A stretch of DNA of 64,000 nt, from assembly GCA_013626165.1 (NCBI GenBank), contig NDHX01000007.1, forward strand, positions 6,560-70,559, given 5' to 3'. The stretch is from Candidatus Velesiimonas alkalicola. GTDB lineage: Bacteria > Omnitrophota > Gorgyraeia > Velesiimonadales > Velesiimonadaceae. Each line of letters opens with the position of its first letter. The first letter of the stretch is position 1. Both the position numbers and the translations under genes were made by a program. A model generated the notes under the pieces. The model was given only the letters and a program-made list of their open reading frames with translations. It made no database searches and was not told where the DNA came from. Shown piece by piece: positions 1 to 10,162 of the stretch.

Positions 1-85
1 CAATCCTCTCTTTTAATTCATCTTCACATATAATCTGAGAAACGCCTTTTTTTATTCTGTTTATTTGAAAATCTACATCATTCAT
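1..85 (-). CDS. tyrS: Tyrosine--tRNA ligase, N-terminal 28 codons (runs off window)
   Basis: Manual translation MNDVDFQINRIKKGVSQIICEDELKERI resembles the TyrRS N-terminus (I.RG..EII.EEEL..L); ATG overlaps the nadK stop. Confidence 0.7.
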   Translation of the reverse strand, partial: MNDVDFQINRIKKGVSQIICEDELKERI

Positions 86-917
86 TTTTTCTTACTCCCC
101 AGTAAAGTTTTTCTTTTAACATCTGGAAATATGTTCTTTTTTCCGACATAACAAGGTTTATCTTTATATTTGAGTATTTTATGTTCATTCTGTCACTGGA
201 TTTCATAGCAAATCCTTCCTGCCCGTCAATCATCAGTGCAACATTTTTTGCCTCTGAGTTCTCATCTATTTTTACAGAAATGGCTTTCTCTTCTGGTAAA
301 ACAATTGACCTGTTACTTAATATATGCGGACAGATAGGTGTGATAACAAAACCTCTTACACCGGGATGGATAATAGGACCGTTTGCTGAAAGAGAATGTG
401 CTGTTGAACCGGTAGGGGTTGAAACAATAAGACCGTCACAGATGTACGAAACAACCTCCTCACACCTGGTAAAAACAGTTAATGAAAGTATTCTTGATGT
501 TGCTCCTCTCTGGATAACTGCATCATTTATGAAATAGGACTTAAAAATTTCCTTATTTTCCCTATGGAGCGTAGATATAAAAATTTTTCTTACAGAAAAT
601 TTTGCCTTATCGGATTTAAGATTTTTTAAGGTTTCAAATATTTCATTCTGTTTTATCTCTGTAAGAAAACCTAAGCCCCCTATGTTTATACCCAGAACAG
701 ATGTTCCTGTTTTTCTTATCTGTCTTGCAATATTAATAAGTGTGCCATCGCCGCCGATTGCAATAATTGTATCTGCCCACTGTGCAATATCCGATCTTAT
801 AAAATCCAGATCTGTTCTTACAGAAAGGCTATTTTTATTACACCAGTTTATAACCGATTTATATATTTTTTTTGCGGATTTTTTATTTTGATTTACAACA
901 ATTCCTACTTTTTTCAT
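78..917 (-). CDS. nadK: NAD kinase
   Basis: GGDGT, G.LGFL, ND and DGLIVSTPTGSTAHSLSA motifs. Confidence 0.97.
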   Translation of the reverse strand: MKKVGIVVNQNKKSAKKIYKSVINWCNKNSLSVRTDLDFIRSDIAQWADTIIAIGGDGTLINIARQIRKTGTSVLGINIGGLGFLTEIKQNEIFETLKNLKSDKAKFSVRKIFISTLHRENKEIFKSYFINDAVIQRGATSRILSLTVFTRCEEVVSYICDGLIVSTPTGSTAHSLSANGPIIHPGVRGFVITPICPHILSNRSIVLPEEKAISVKIDENSEAKNVALMIDGQEGFAMKSSDRMNIKYSNIKINLVMSEKRTYFQMLKEKLYWGVRKNE

Positions 918-2755
918 AACATTTTTATAGCCTCACTAACTATTCCTTCAACACTTATGCCTATTTTTTTAAGAATATCTTCCCTTTTCCCGTGCTGTAT
1001 ATGCCCCGGAACACCGATAATCTTAACATCAGCACCTGTATCAGATATTGCCTCAAGGATAGAACTTCCAGCCCCACCTTTTATAATACCATCTTCAACA
1101 ATCAAGATTTTTTTCAATTTTCTTGCAATATCTCTTAAAGCCTCCTTATCAAGGGGGCAGATAAATCTTAAGTTCAAAACAAGTGAAGATATATTCTTTT
1201 GTTCCAATATACTGTGTGCCTCTGTGCACATCTGTGTGGTAGGGCCAACACCGATAAGAGCAATATCTTTCCCGTCGGATATAAATTCAAGTCTACCTTT
1301 TTCTATCTTTAGACAGTCCCCATGGATTGAGGTTGGTGCTTTGGGAAACCTTATCGCAACAGGCTCGCCTAACGATAATGCAAAACAAAACATATTAACC
1401 AACTCAGGACCATCCTTGGGAGCAAGAAGGTTAAGGTGTGGAATATTTCTTAAATATGCAATATCAAAAATGCCCTGATGTGTCGGACCATCATCTGAGA
1501 CAATACCGGCTCTATCAATGATAAATATTACAGGAAGTCTTTGAATTGATATATCATGTATTATCTGGTCGTAGGCTCTTTGAAGAAATGTTGAATATAT
1601 TGCAATAACCGGCTTAAAACCATTCTTTGCAAGACCTGCGGCAAACCCAACAGCATGTCCTTCTGCTATACCAACATCAAAAAATCTTTCAGGATAAAGA
1701 AGAGAAAATTGTTTTGTTCCTGTGCCTTCTGGCATAGCAGCAGATATTGCAACAATTTTTTTATCCTTTTCTGCCTCTCGGACAAGTGCGCCTGAAAATA
1801 CATCTGTAAACTGTATATTTTTAAGGTGGGTTGGCTCTCCTGTCTGAACTGAAAAAGCAGGTGCACTGTGAAACTTTTCCGGATTATCTTCGGCAAATTT
1901 ATAACCTTTCCCCTTTTTTGTAAGACAGTGGATAAATACAGGGCCTTTTATGATCTTTACTCTTTCAAAGGTAGTTTTTAGCAATTCGATATTATGTCCG
2001 TCAACAGGACCTATGTACCTGAAACCCAACTCTTCAAAAATAAGACCCGGAACAAGAAGTGAATAAAGGTTTTTTTCAAGTTTTAAAGCAGCCCTGTATG
2101 CCCTGAAACCCCATCTTGGAATACGCTTTAAAAGATTTTGTATATCTAACCTTGTCTTATTAAGTGTGGGGTTTGTTACAATATTTACAAGATATTTGCT
2201 TAATGCCCCTACACTTGCCGAGATAGACCTTTCATTATCATTTAAGACCACAATTATATCTTTCCCTGCCTGACCTGCATAGTTTAACGCCTCAAATGCC
2301 ATACCACAGGCAAGAGAAGCATCTCCAATCACACACATAATCTTGTTATCTTCTTTTTTTAGGTCCCTTGCAAATGCAAGACCAAGTGCCCAGGATATAG
2401 ATGTAGCACTATGCCCTGTTATAAATAAATCATATGCGCTTTCATCAGAAGAAGGAAAACCGCTTATTCCGCCTTCTTTTCTTAATGTATGAAAATTATT
2501 GCACCTGCCTGTAAGTATCTTATGTGTATATACCTGATGTCCTACATCCCATATGATCATATCCCTTGGAGCATCAAAAACACTATGCAGTGCAACTGTA
2601 AGTTCCACCACTCCTAAATTTGGGGCAAGATGTCCGCCATTTTTTGAAACAACATCAATGATACACTCTCTTATCTCTAAACAAACATTGTTTAATTCTT
2701 TTATAGAAAGTCCTTTTAGGTCTGATGGGGATTTGATACGGGGAAGAATTTTCAT
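914..2755 (-). CDS. dxs: 1-deoxy-D-xylulose-5-phosphate synthase
   Basis: GGHLAPNLGVVELT, DVGHQ, GDA..G...EALN, DVGIAE, DGPTHQG. Confidence 0.98.
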   Translation of the reverse strand: MKILPRIKSPSDLKGLSIKELNNVCLEIRECIIDVVSKNGGHLAPNLGVVELTVALHSVFDAPRDMIIWDVGHQVYTHKILTGRCNNFHTLRKEGGISGFPSSDESAYDLFITGHSATSISWALGLAFARDLKKEDNKIMCVIGDASLACGMAFEALNYAGQAGKDIIVVLNDNERSISASVGALSKYLVNIVTNPTLNKTRLDIQNLLKRIPRWGFRAYRAALKLEKNLYSLLVPGLIFEELGFRYIGPVDGHNIELLKTTFERVKIIKGPVFIHCLTKKGKGYKFAEDNPEKFHSAPAFSVQTGEPTHLKNIQFTDVFSGALVREAEKDKKIVAISAAMPEGTGTKQFSLLYPERFFDVGIAEGHAVGFAAGLAKNGFKPVIAIYSTFLQRAYDQIIHDISIQRLPVIFIIDRAGIVSDDGPTHQGIFDIAYLRNIPHLNLLAPKDGPELVNMFCFALSLGEPVAIRFPKAPTSIHGDCLKIEKGRLEFISDGKDIALIGVGPTTQMCTEAHSILEQKNISSLVLNLRFICPLDKEALRDIARKLKKILIVEDGIIKGGAGSSILEAISDTGADVKIIGVPGHIQHGKREDILKKIGISVEGIVSEAIKML

Positions 2756-3612
2756 TGTTTAAGACCGTCAGTAAGCCATTGAATAAATTCTAAAAGAATA
2801 TCTTCTTTTAATCCTTTATTTTTTATTGACTTTGTAGCACACTCACTTTCTTTTTCTACTTTCTTATATGCATTACTTAAACCGACAACCTGCACATATC
2901 CCTGTTTATCAATAATATCATCAACTATCTGGAACATATAACCTAAATGTATCCCAAAATTTCTAAGACAATTTGTTTTTTTATTCCCCGCCCCTGACAC
3001 AATTGCCCCGCACATAGCAGAGGCTGTAATAAGAGCACCTGTTTTTAAGGTGTTTATATATTCAAGCGTAGGAATATCTAAAGAAAGCATACCTTTCTGT
3101 ACTTGCATATCAACTGTCTGTCCTTCAACCATACCCTGATGTCCACAAAATCTCGAAATCTCCCTAACAAGTTCTGTCCCATATTTTTTATTCATCGCAA
3201 CACACTTAAACCCAAGAGTAAGAAGAGCATCTCCTGCAAGGATTGCAACATCTTCCCCAAATTTTGCAAAACAGGAAAGCCTTCCTCTTCTAAATTTGGA
3301 ATTATCCATCGCAGGAAGGTCATCATGAACCAGTGAATAACAATGTATAATCTCAATACCTGCTGCAACTGAAATAGCACTATGAATATTCCCGCCGCAG
3401 GATTCTGATGCAGCAATAGTTAACAGGGGCCTAAACCTTTTTCCACCAGGAAATACAGAATAATACATAGCCTTATGCAATACAGAAGACCTGCCTTTTG
3501 GGTTTGGCAAAACACCTTTAAGAAAGGTATCAATATCCTGTTTTCTATTATTTAGATAATTTTTAAACTGTTTTTCCAATGTTTTTTGTTTTTCTCGGCA
3601 GATCCGTTTCAA
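2752..3612 (-). CDS. ispA: Polyprenyl (farnesyl) diphosphate synthase
   Basis: GGKRFRP, HDDLPAMD..RRG, FQIVDDIID; xseB-ispA-dxs synteny; start uncertain. Confidence 0.93.
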   Translation of the reverse strand: MKRICREKQKTLEKQFKNYLNNRKQDIDTFLKGVLPNPKGRSSVLHKAMYYSVFPGGKRFRPLLTIAASESCGGNIHSAISVAAGIEIIHCYSLVHDDLPAMDNSKFRRGRLSCFAKFGEDVAILAGDALLTLGFKCVAMNKKYGTELVREISRFCGHQGMVEGQTVDMQVQKGMLSLDIPTLEYINTLKTGALITASAMCGAIVSGAGNKKTNCLRNFGIHLGYMFQIVDDIIDKQGYVQVVGLSNAYKKVEKESECATKSIKNKGLKEDILLEFIQWLTDGLKQ

Positions 3613-3841
3613 GCGGCTTTAATATTAAATTCCCTTGCTCATCTTTTATCAGTTCTTCTACCTTTTTTTCAGCAGTTTGAAGTTTAGATGCAAGATACCG
3701 CGTAAGGGCTATACCTTCTTCATAACATTTCAACGCCTCATCCAAAGGAATATTTCCCTGTTCAAGCACACCTACAATTTTTTCAAGCCTTTGCAAGGCA
3801 TCCTCAAACTTTAACTGTAAAATCTGTTCTTTTTTATCCAT
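3563..3841 (-). CDS. xseB: Exodeoxyribonuclease VII small subunit
   Basis: FEDALQRLEKIV..LE.G.IPLDEAL..YEEG. Confidence 0.95.
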   Translation of the reverse strand: MDKKEQILQLKFEDALQRLEKIVGVLEQGNIPLDEALKCYEEGIALTRYLASKLQTAEKKVEELIKDEQGNLILKPLETDLPRKTKNIGKTV

Positions 3842-3878
3842 CTAAACCCTCTCTACAATAGATAAGGCTTACTGAAAG

Positions 3879-3994
3879 CCTTGATTACACAGATTTTTGA
3901 AAGATTACACCGATTTTGTCGTCGGGTTTTAATCTGTGTAATCTGCTTTTTAATCTGTGGAATCAGGGTCTGATGAGTTTTTCAGCAGACCCTA
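3879..3994. repeat. Composite palindromic element: inverted GATTACACAGATT/AATCTGTGTAATC repeats plus a 30-bp hairpin AGGGTCTGATGAGTTTTTCAGCAGACCCTA
   Basis: 3965-3994 is the exact reverse complement of 60316-60345; the tail resembles 61007-61033; contains the xseA stop codon. Confidence 0.85.
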
Positions 3995-5214
3995 GATAGG
4001 AATTCTCCTTTTAATATCTTTGTTTTAATAACCTGTCCTTTTTTAACATCTTTGGTATCCCTTATTATGTTATCACTTTTTTCATCAAATGTAATACTGT
4101 ACCCCCTTTCTAAAACCGAAAGAGGACTAAGGGCATTAAGTCTTCCAGCAAACTTTGCCAGTTCAGAATTGTATATCTGCAAGATATGTTTAAAAGAAAG
4201 ATTAAGCCTGTTTAAAAACTCATCTATCCTCTGTTTCTGTTCATCAAATATAAACTTAGGCTCTCTGATACACCTTTTTTGAGAAAGATTTTTTAGTTTT
4301 TCTTTTAAGGAAGAAATAAAACCAAGAACAGTTAATTGAAGTCTTTTTCTTAAATGGAAGATATTGTTTTCAAGGTCATCCTTGTTTGGCATAACAAGTT
4401 CTGCGGCAGCCGAAGGAGTAGGGGCTCTTAGATCTGCAACAAAGTCTGATATTGTCCAGTCCACCTCATGGCCGACCGCACTGATAACAGGTATCTTTGA
4501 ATGATATACCGCCCTTGCTACACACTCTTCATTAAATGCCCAGAGGTCTTCCAGGCTTCCTCCTCCTCTTCCTACAATTATACAATCAACACATTTAAAA
4601 CTATTGAAATCTTCTATCCCGCTTACAACTTCTTGCGCGGCACCTTCACCCTGAACCTTAACGGAACGCAGTATAATCTCAACCCCTGTCCATCTTCTTT
4701 TCATAATATTTATTATATCATGAAATGCCGCACCGTCTTTTGAGGTCACCACACCTACACGACGGGGAAAAAATGGGATCTGTCTTTTTCTTGATTGTTC
4801 AAACAGTCCTTCTTTCCTTAATTTTTCTTTTAACTTTTCAAATGCAATCTGAAGAGCACCAATCCCCTTTGGCTCAAGATGCTGGGCATATATCTGATAC
4901 TGTCCTGATTTTTCATACACACTGATTCTTCCGCACACTATAACTCTTAGACCATTTTCAATCTCAAATTTTAAATTATTTTTTTCGGTCTTAAATATAA
5001 CAACTTTCACTTGTGCATTTTCATCCTTTAATGTAAAATATATATGTCCGAGTGATGAGCAGATTAAATTTGACACCTCGCCATCAACCCAGATAAGAGG
5101 ATATGCTGTCTGGAGAAGGTCTTTTATTTCTCTGGTAAGCTCACCTACGGTATAAATACGGGCTCGCCCAACGACGGAGTTTTCAAAAGGAACATTACCG
5201 AATAAATCATTCAT
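3982..5214 (-). CDS. xseA: Exodeoxyribonuclease VII large subunit
   Basis: WVDGEVSN, GHIYFTLKD, RGGGSLEDLWAFN, SAVGHE.D, RAPTPSAAAE. Confidence 0.98.
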   Translation of the reverse strand: MNDLFGNVPFENSVVGRARIYTVGELTREIKDLLQTAYPLIWVDGEVSNLICSSLGHIYFTLKDENAQVKVVIFKTEKNNLKFEIENGLRVIVCGRISVYEKSGQYQIYAQHLEPKGIGALQIAFEKLKEKLRKEGLFEQSRKRQIPFFPRRVGVVTSKDGAAFHDIINIMKRRWTGVEIILRSVKVQGEGAAQEVVSGIEDFNSFKCVDCIIVGRGGGSLEDLWAFNEECVARAVYHSKIPVISAVGHEVDWTISDFVADLRAPTPSAAAELVMPNKDDLENNIFHLRKRLQLTVLGFISSLKEKLKNLSQKRCIREPKFIFDEQKQRIDEFLNRLNLSFKHILQIYNSELAKFAGRLNALSPLSVLERGYSITFDEKSDNIIRDTKDVKKGQVIKTKILKGEFLSRVC

Positions 5215-5248
5215 ATATTGGCACCTTACACATTGATACCTCTATGAC

Positions 5249-6556
5249 TTAAATAATACGCACCGCTACACCTTTTTCCCTAACGAGTTTTTGAAAATAT
5301 CTTTTTAAGTACTGCAAATAATTGGAAGGTATTTTTACCCTTGTATCCATATCCAACTTAATTTTTATACCGGGCTTTCCGATATCTACCTGCCTTACAT
5401 CTTTAATAAATATCCTCTGTGTATTAACAACAGGAGGCGGCCTTCTTGACACTATAACTTTTAATGTCCGCCGTAACTTTTCCTGGTCAAGCCTTAAAAA
5501 CAAAGAGTCATACGCATGTAATATCTTATCAATTGCAGAATCTATATTCCACCTTTGTTTTGCAGATATAAACAAAACAGGAATGAAATCTATAAAGGGT
5601 GCCTTTTTGCGGATACTATTTTCATATTCAGACTTTTTTATATCTTTTATAATATCCCATTTATTTACACATATGACAAGGGGCTTATACTGTTCACAGA
5701 CAAGATTTATTATATGCAGTTCTTCTGATGCAAGTCCTCTTAATGCATCAAGTATTAAGATAACTGCACCTGCTTTTTTTATATTATCCTTTGTTCTGAT
5801 TATACTGAAAAGGTCGGCAGATTCTTTTAACTTTGATATTTTTCTTATACCAGCGGTATCAACCAGTACTATCTGTTTGTTCTTATACTCAAAACTTATA
5901 TCAACACTGTCGCGGGTAGTACCCGGTGTGTGATGAACAAGAACCCTTTCTTCATTAAGAAGCGCGTTTACAAAAGATGACTTTCCCACATTAGGTGTAC
6001 CTACTATTGCAATGTGAATTATATTTCTTTGTTCTTTTGATTTTATATATCTGTTAAAACTTACTATCTTATCAAGAAGTTCTCCTGTTCCCAGCCCATG
6101 TGTTGCAGAAACAGGAAATACATCAATACCGAACTTATAAAAATCAGAAAGTAGTGTTTCTTTTTCCAGTGTATCAATTTTATTGACAACAAGGAGTATT
6201 TTCTTACCTGTTTTTCTTAAATTATCCAAAATCTTTTCATCTACTACCGTGAACCCCTGCTGACCGTCACACAGAAACACAATCAAGTTTGCTTCTTTTA
6301 TTGCAAAGTCTGTTTGTTTTTCAACCGCTTTATAAATCTGGTCAGTAGTGGTTTCAGTCCCTATGCCACCCGTATCAACAACACGAAACCAACACCCACT
6401 CCACTGAATATCTGCATAAAGTCTATCTCTGGTAACACCCGGGAGGGAATGAACTATGGCTTTTCTTCTGCCAATTATTCTATTAAAAAGGGTTGACTTT
6501 CCTACATTTTGTTTTCCTATAATTGCAACCACTGGAATATTTTTTTCACCTGCCAT
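5249..6556 (-). CDS. der: Ribosome biogenesis GTPase Der
   Basis: Two tandem GTPase domains (GKQNVGKS/DTGG/NKID; GTPNVGKS/DTAG/NKWD). Confidence 0.96.
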   Translation of the reverse strand: MAGEKNIPVVAIIGKQNVGKSTLFNRIIGRRKAIVHSLPGVTRDRLYADIQWSGCWFRVVDTGGIGTETTTDQIYKAVEKQTDFAIKEANLIVFLCDGQQGFTVVDEKILDNLRKTGKKILLVVNKIDTLEKETLLSDFYKFGIDVFPVSATHGLGTGELLDKIVSFNRYIKSKEQRNIIHIAIVGTPNVGKSSFVNALLNEERVLVHHTPGTTRDSVDISFEYKNKQIVLVDTAGIRKISKLKESADLFSIIRTKDNIKKAGAVILILDALRGLASEELHIINLVCEQYKPLVICVNKWDIIKDIKKSEYENSIRKKAPFIDFIPVLFISAKQRWNIDSAIDKILHAYDSLFLRLDQEKLRRTLKVIVSRRPPPVVNTQRIFIKDVRQVDIGKPGIKIKLDMDTRVKIPSNYLQYLKRYFQKLVREKGVAVRII

Positions 6557-7109
6557 ATTTACCAGATTTTCTTGTTAAAAAATAAAATCCTCTTATTAAA
6601 TAATCAAATCCCGATATGATTGTCCATATTGTCGCTACCTTCCATCCTAAAGGAGAAAGGCCTGATCCAAGAAGCACAAGCCCGACCGACAACACTTGCA
6701 AAAATGTACAAATCTTTCCTATAACAGTCGGTTTTATTTCAAATCTATGTTTCAACTTGATAAAGATAAAAATACCCGTTATAAGAATAATATCCCTGCT
6801 TACAACTACCGCAGGCACATAAAGGGGAAAACTAAATGGAGAGATTTTTGTAAAAGAATTTGGAATGGAAAGACTTATAAATGCTGCATTAAGTAAAATT
6901 TTATCTGCAAGAGGGTCCAGGATTGCTCCAAGGGGTGTTTTCTGTCTGAAAAGTAAGGCAATTGCTCCATCTAATACATCAGTAAAAGAGGCAACACAGA
7001 ATATCAAAAACGGTGTTGCCTCCCAGATTTTATCGTAATAGACAAGAGAAAGCACAAACAATGGAACACAAAAAATACGAAATACAGTTAATACATTTGA
7101 CACACCCAT
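6546..7109 (-). CDS. pgsA: CDP-alcohol phosphatidyltransferase (PgsA-like)
   Basis: TDVLDG.IA......T.LG..LDPLADK motif. Confidence 0.85.
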   Translation of the reverse strand: MGVSNVLTVFRIFCVPLFVLSLVYYDKIWEATPFLIFCVASFTDVLDGAIALLFRQKTPLGAILDPLADKILLNAAFISLSIPNSFTKISPFSFPLYVPAVVVSRDIILITGIFIFIKLKHRFEIKPTVIGKICTFLQVLSVGLVLLGSGLSPLGWKVATIWTIISGFDYLIRGFYFLTRKSGKYGR

Positions 7110-7198
7110 CTTTTACCGTATTCTACATTTTTGTCTGGATTTACACAGATATTCTTTTAGTTTTTTAATATTGGGGTTCTCAATTGGCTTATATTTTT

Positions 7199-7230
7199 AT
7201 CCCGTTAAAAATCTATTTCTTAAACGGGAT
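7199..7230. repeat. REP-like hairpin ATCCCGTT...AACGGGAT abutting a stop codon
   Basis: 8-bp perfect arms with a partly paired interior; no U-tract on the transcribed strand. Confidence 0.45.
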
Positions 7231-7674
7231 CTACTTCCTTAATTTCAGTTCTGTTCCATCTGATGGGCAAAACCTTGTGCGTAACGGATACTGTGCTCCA
7301 CAAACATGACAAAACATTGGGGTATCCTGCTGTGGTGATAGCTGTGCGGGTTGTTGCTGCACTGTTTCACCCTTCCATTTTAAGGGTGTTCCATCTATAG
7401 GGCACACATTTACACCTGCGGTATAGCCTTTCCCACAGGTTGGGCAGAATTTTCTCTCCATCTGCTCACCAATCAATGCTCCTGCTAATCCACCAACACC
7501 TGCCCCTATAAGAGCACCTTCTTTAGCCCTGTCCCTCTGATGCCCTATTATTGCTCCAGCACCTGCTCCAAGAGCACCACCTCCAATGGCACCTTTCTGT
7601 GTTGTCGTGCAACCTGAAATAAACATAACCCCTGCACTAATACAACATATACCTATTACCAATTTTTTATTCAT
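7231..7674 (-). CDS. Glycine-zipper lipoprotein with two C-terminal zinc-ribbon-like repeats
   Basis: SD CAGGAGG before ATG 7674; lipobox ISGC; GAxxGA glycine zipper; FCPTCG..CPIDG and FCHVCG..CPSDG. Confidence 0.85.
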   Translation of the reverse strand: MNKKLVIGICCISAGVMFISGCTTTQKGAIGGGALGAGAGAIIGHQRDRAKEGALIGAGVGGLAGALIGEQMERKFCPTCGKGYTAGVNVCPIDGTPLKWKGETVQQQPAQLSPQQDTPMFCHVCGAQYPLRTRFCPSDGTELKLRK

Positions 7675-7690
7675 AACTACCTCCTGTTTG

Positions 7691-7711
7691 CCAGTGCACC
7701 AGTGCACCAGA
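7691..7711. repeat. Short octamer array (GCACCAGT variant)
   Basis: ccagtgcaccagtgcaccaga in the 5' leader. Confidence 0.7.
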
Positions 7712-7720
7712 CTATAATTT

Positions 7721-7776
7721 ATTATAATATTAAACCTGGAAAATTCAATTGAAAAAAAAAACAGATATGATAGAGT
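7721..7776. promoter_or_regulatory. Divergent sigma70-like promoters
   Basis: Minus: TTGAAT(7748-43)-16bp-TATAAT(7726-21); plus: TTGAAA(7749-54)-16bp-TAGAGT(7771-76) with TGn extension. Confidence 0.5.
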
Positions 7777-7782
7777 ATTTAC

Positions 7783-8565
7783 ATGGTTGATATAATTAAG
7801 TTAAGATTAAGAAATATAGATAGAAAAATATGCTGTCTTACAAACGGACTACAGGACTTAAAGCCTGGTAGACAGGTTGTAATACAGGATGAAGGATGTT
7901 TTGAGCATGGGAGCATTCTTTCTTATCCTGAAAAAATGTATTCTGAAAAAGGAAAGATCACAAAAAAGGTTATCAGACTCCTTACAGAAAAAGATAAAAT
8001 CCAGATTGAAGAAAATTCAAAGAAAGCACAAACCGCATTCTTGACCTGCAAGGCTAAAATAGAAGAGATGAAAATGAATATGAAACTTATACATTCGGAG
8101 TACTCTCTTGACAGAACAAAACTTGCATTTTATTTTAAGAGTGAAAAAAGGATAGATTTCAGGGAACTTGTCCAAGAACTAAGCACTATGTTTAAAGCAA
8201 AGATAGAACTCAGACAGATAGGGGTAAGAGACGAGGCTACCATATACGGTGGTTGTGGAAAATGCGGAAGAGAACTTTGTTGTGCAACATTTTTAAAAGA
8301 CATTGAGTCTGTAACAATGCGGTTGGCAAGGGACCAGAACCTGCCGCTTAATCCTTCGAAAATATCGGGTATATGTGGCAAACTGATGTGTTGTTTGGAA
8401 TATGAACATGATGTATATTGTGAACTTTTAAAAGGACTTCCGCATCAGGGTGATATTATAAAAACAAACGAGGGTGAAGGGAAGGTTGTGCAGGTTGATA
8501 TATTGAAAAGAACAGTGAATGTCTTATTGCAGGATGAAAGACAGATAAATGTAGTATACAGGTGA
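7783..8565 (+). CDS. ricT: PSP1/RicT (YaaT) family Fe-S protein
   Basis: RIDFRELV..L, RQIGVRDE...GGCGKCGRELCC, KISGICGKLMCCLEYE; adjacent to metG. Confidence 0.92.
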   Translation: MVDIIKLRLRNIDRKICCLTNGLQDLKPGRQVVIQDEGCFEHGSILSYPEKMYSEKGKITKKVIRLLTEKDKIQIEENSKKAQTAFLTCKAKIEEMKMNMKLIHSEYSLDRTKLAFYFKSEKRIDFRELVQELSTMFKAKIELRQIGVRDEATIYGGCGKCGRELCCATFLKDIESVTMRLARDQNLPLNPSKISGICGKLMCCLEYEHDVYCELLKGLPHQGDIIKTNEGEGKVVQVDILKRTVNVLLQDERQINVVYR

Positions 8566-8599
8566 AGAGAGTGCAGGGCAGGGTGAATGGAAGGGAAAG

Positions 8600-10108
8600 A
8601 TGAAAAAGTTTTATGTTACAACCGCTATTGCATATGTAAATGCAGAACCTCATTTAGGTTATGCATATGAGATAATCGCAGCTGATACAATTGCGAGGTA
8701 TTACAGGCAAAGAGGTGTTTCTACATTCTTTTTAACCGGGACAGATGAACACAGCCAGAATGTAGAAAAAAAAGCAAAAGAGAAAAATATCCCCCCTCTT
8801 TTATACTGCAATCATATGGTAGCGTTGTATAAATCAGCATGGGAAACATTCAACATCTCAAATGATGACTTCATTCAAACATCACAACAAAGACATATAA
8901 AAGCAACCCAGATATTTATAGAAAAGCTTTTCAAATCCAAAGATATCTATAAGGGTAAATACAGCGGGTGGTATTGTGTGTCCTGCGAGTCTTTTTTAAG
9001 TGATGCGGATATAATTGAAGGCAATTGTACAGTCCATAAAAAACCAGTTGAGAAATTAGAAGAAGAAAACTATTTTTTCTCTCTTTCAAGATATAATGGA
9101 AAACTCCTGAAATATTTTAATGATAACCCGGAGTTTATAGCGCCTAAACCTAAGTTTAATGAGGTTATGAAAATATTAGAAGGAGGCCTCCAGGACACAA
9201 GCATATCCCGCTCCACAACAGGATGGGGAATCCCCTTCCCCGGGGACTCTTCACATGTTGTATATGTGTGGCTTGATGCACTTATAAACTATCTAAGTGG
9301 AATAGGATATGGCTATGACGAAGAAAAATTTAAAAAATATTGGCCTTCTGATGTTCATATAATAGGTAAGGATATTATAAGATTCCACTGCCTTTTATGG
9401 CCTGCACTGCTGATGTCTGTTGGGCTTGAGACTCCAAAAAAAGTGTTTGTGCATGGATTCTTAAATTTTGGCGGTGAAAAAATGTCTAAAACATCTGGCA
9501 ACATACTTTCACCGCAAGAGGCAGCAAAAACCTTCGGTGTTGACCCATTAAGATATTTTCTATTAAGGGAAATCCCGTTTGGTCTTGACGGAGATTTTTC
9601 CGAAGAATCTTTCTGGAAAAGATATAACAGCGACCTTGCCAACGATTTGGGAAATCTTTTACACAGAACTGTTGCAATGATTGAAAAACATTCTCAGGGC
9701 ATAGTTCCGGAATCGGTCAACAATTGTCATATGAAACAGATAGCCGAGAAACTACCTTCTAAAATAGATGAGCATATAGCAGAGATTGATTTTGGCGCAG
9801 CAATAAAAGATATCTGGGAACTTGTTGAAAGTGCAAACAAATATGTTGAAACAAGCAGACCCTGGGCGCTCTCAAAAGAAGGGAAAAAACAAGAACTTGG
9901 CGCCTGCATGGCAAATCTTGCACAATCTTTGGAGATAATTGCCCTTGCTCTATGTCCTTTTATTCCTGATACATCTAAAAAAATATTTGAACAGATAGGG
10001 CTTAAAGATCTTCCGCAAACCCTGCCAGAACAGTGGAATAGATGGGAGGGAATAAAAGGCAATATAAAAGTAAAGACTGGAAAACCAATATTCCCAAGGA
10101 AAGAGTAG
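8600..10108 (+). CDS. metG: Methionine--tRNA ligase (short form)
   Basis: FYVTTAIAYVN..PHLG, GTDEH, YVWLDAL.NY, KMSKT. Confidence 0.97.
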   Translation: MKKFYVTTAIAYVNAEPHLGYAYEIIAADTIARYYRQRGVSTFFLTGTDEHSQNVEKKAKEKNIPPLLYCNHMVALYKSAWETFNISNDDFIQTSQQRHIKATQIFIEKLFKSKDIYKGKYSGWYCVSCESFLSDADIIEGNCTVHKKPVEKLEEENYFFSLSRYNGKLLKYFNDNPEFIAPKPKFNEVMKILEGGLQDTSISRSTTGWGIPFPGDSSHVVYVWLDALINYLSGIGYGYDEEKFKKYWPSDVHIIGKDIIRFHCLLWPALLMSVGLETPKKVFVHGFLNFGGEKMSKTSGNILSPQEAAKTFGVDPLRYFLLREIPFGLDGDFSEESFWKRYNSDLANDLGNLLHRTVAMIEKHSQGIVPESVNNCHMKQIAEKLPSKIDEHIAEIDFGAAIKDIWELVESANKYVETSRPWALSKEGKKQELGACMANLAQSLEIIALALCPFIPDTSKKIFEQIGLKDLPQTLPEQWNRWEGIKGNIKVKTGKPIFPRKE

Positions 10109-10162
10109 GCAACAGGGCAACAGGTGTTTTGGTGCAATGGTGCTCTGAAGGGTGGGTTAATT

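Noticed and set aside
888-1478. Long antisense ORFs (888-1478, 5322-5933, 44791-45420, 45805-46485 and others)
   Set aside because: Shadow frames of well-conserved genes, with no motifs or RBS
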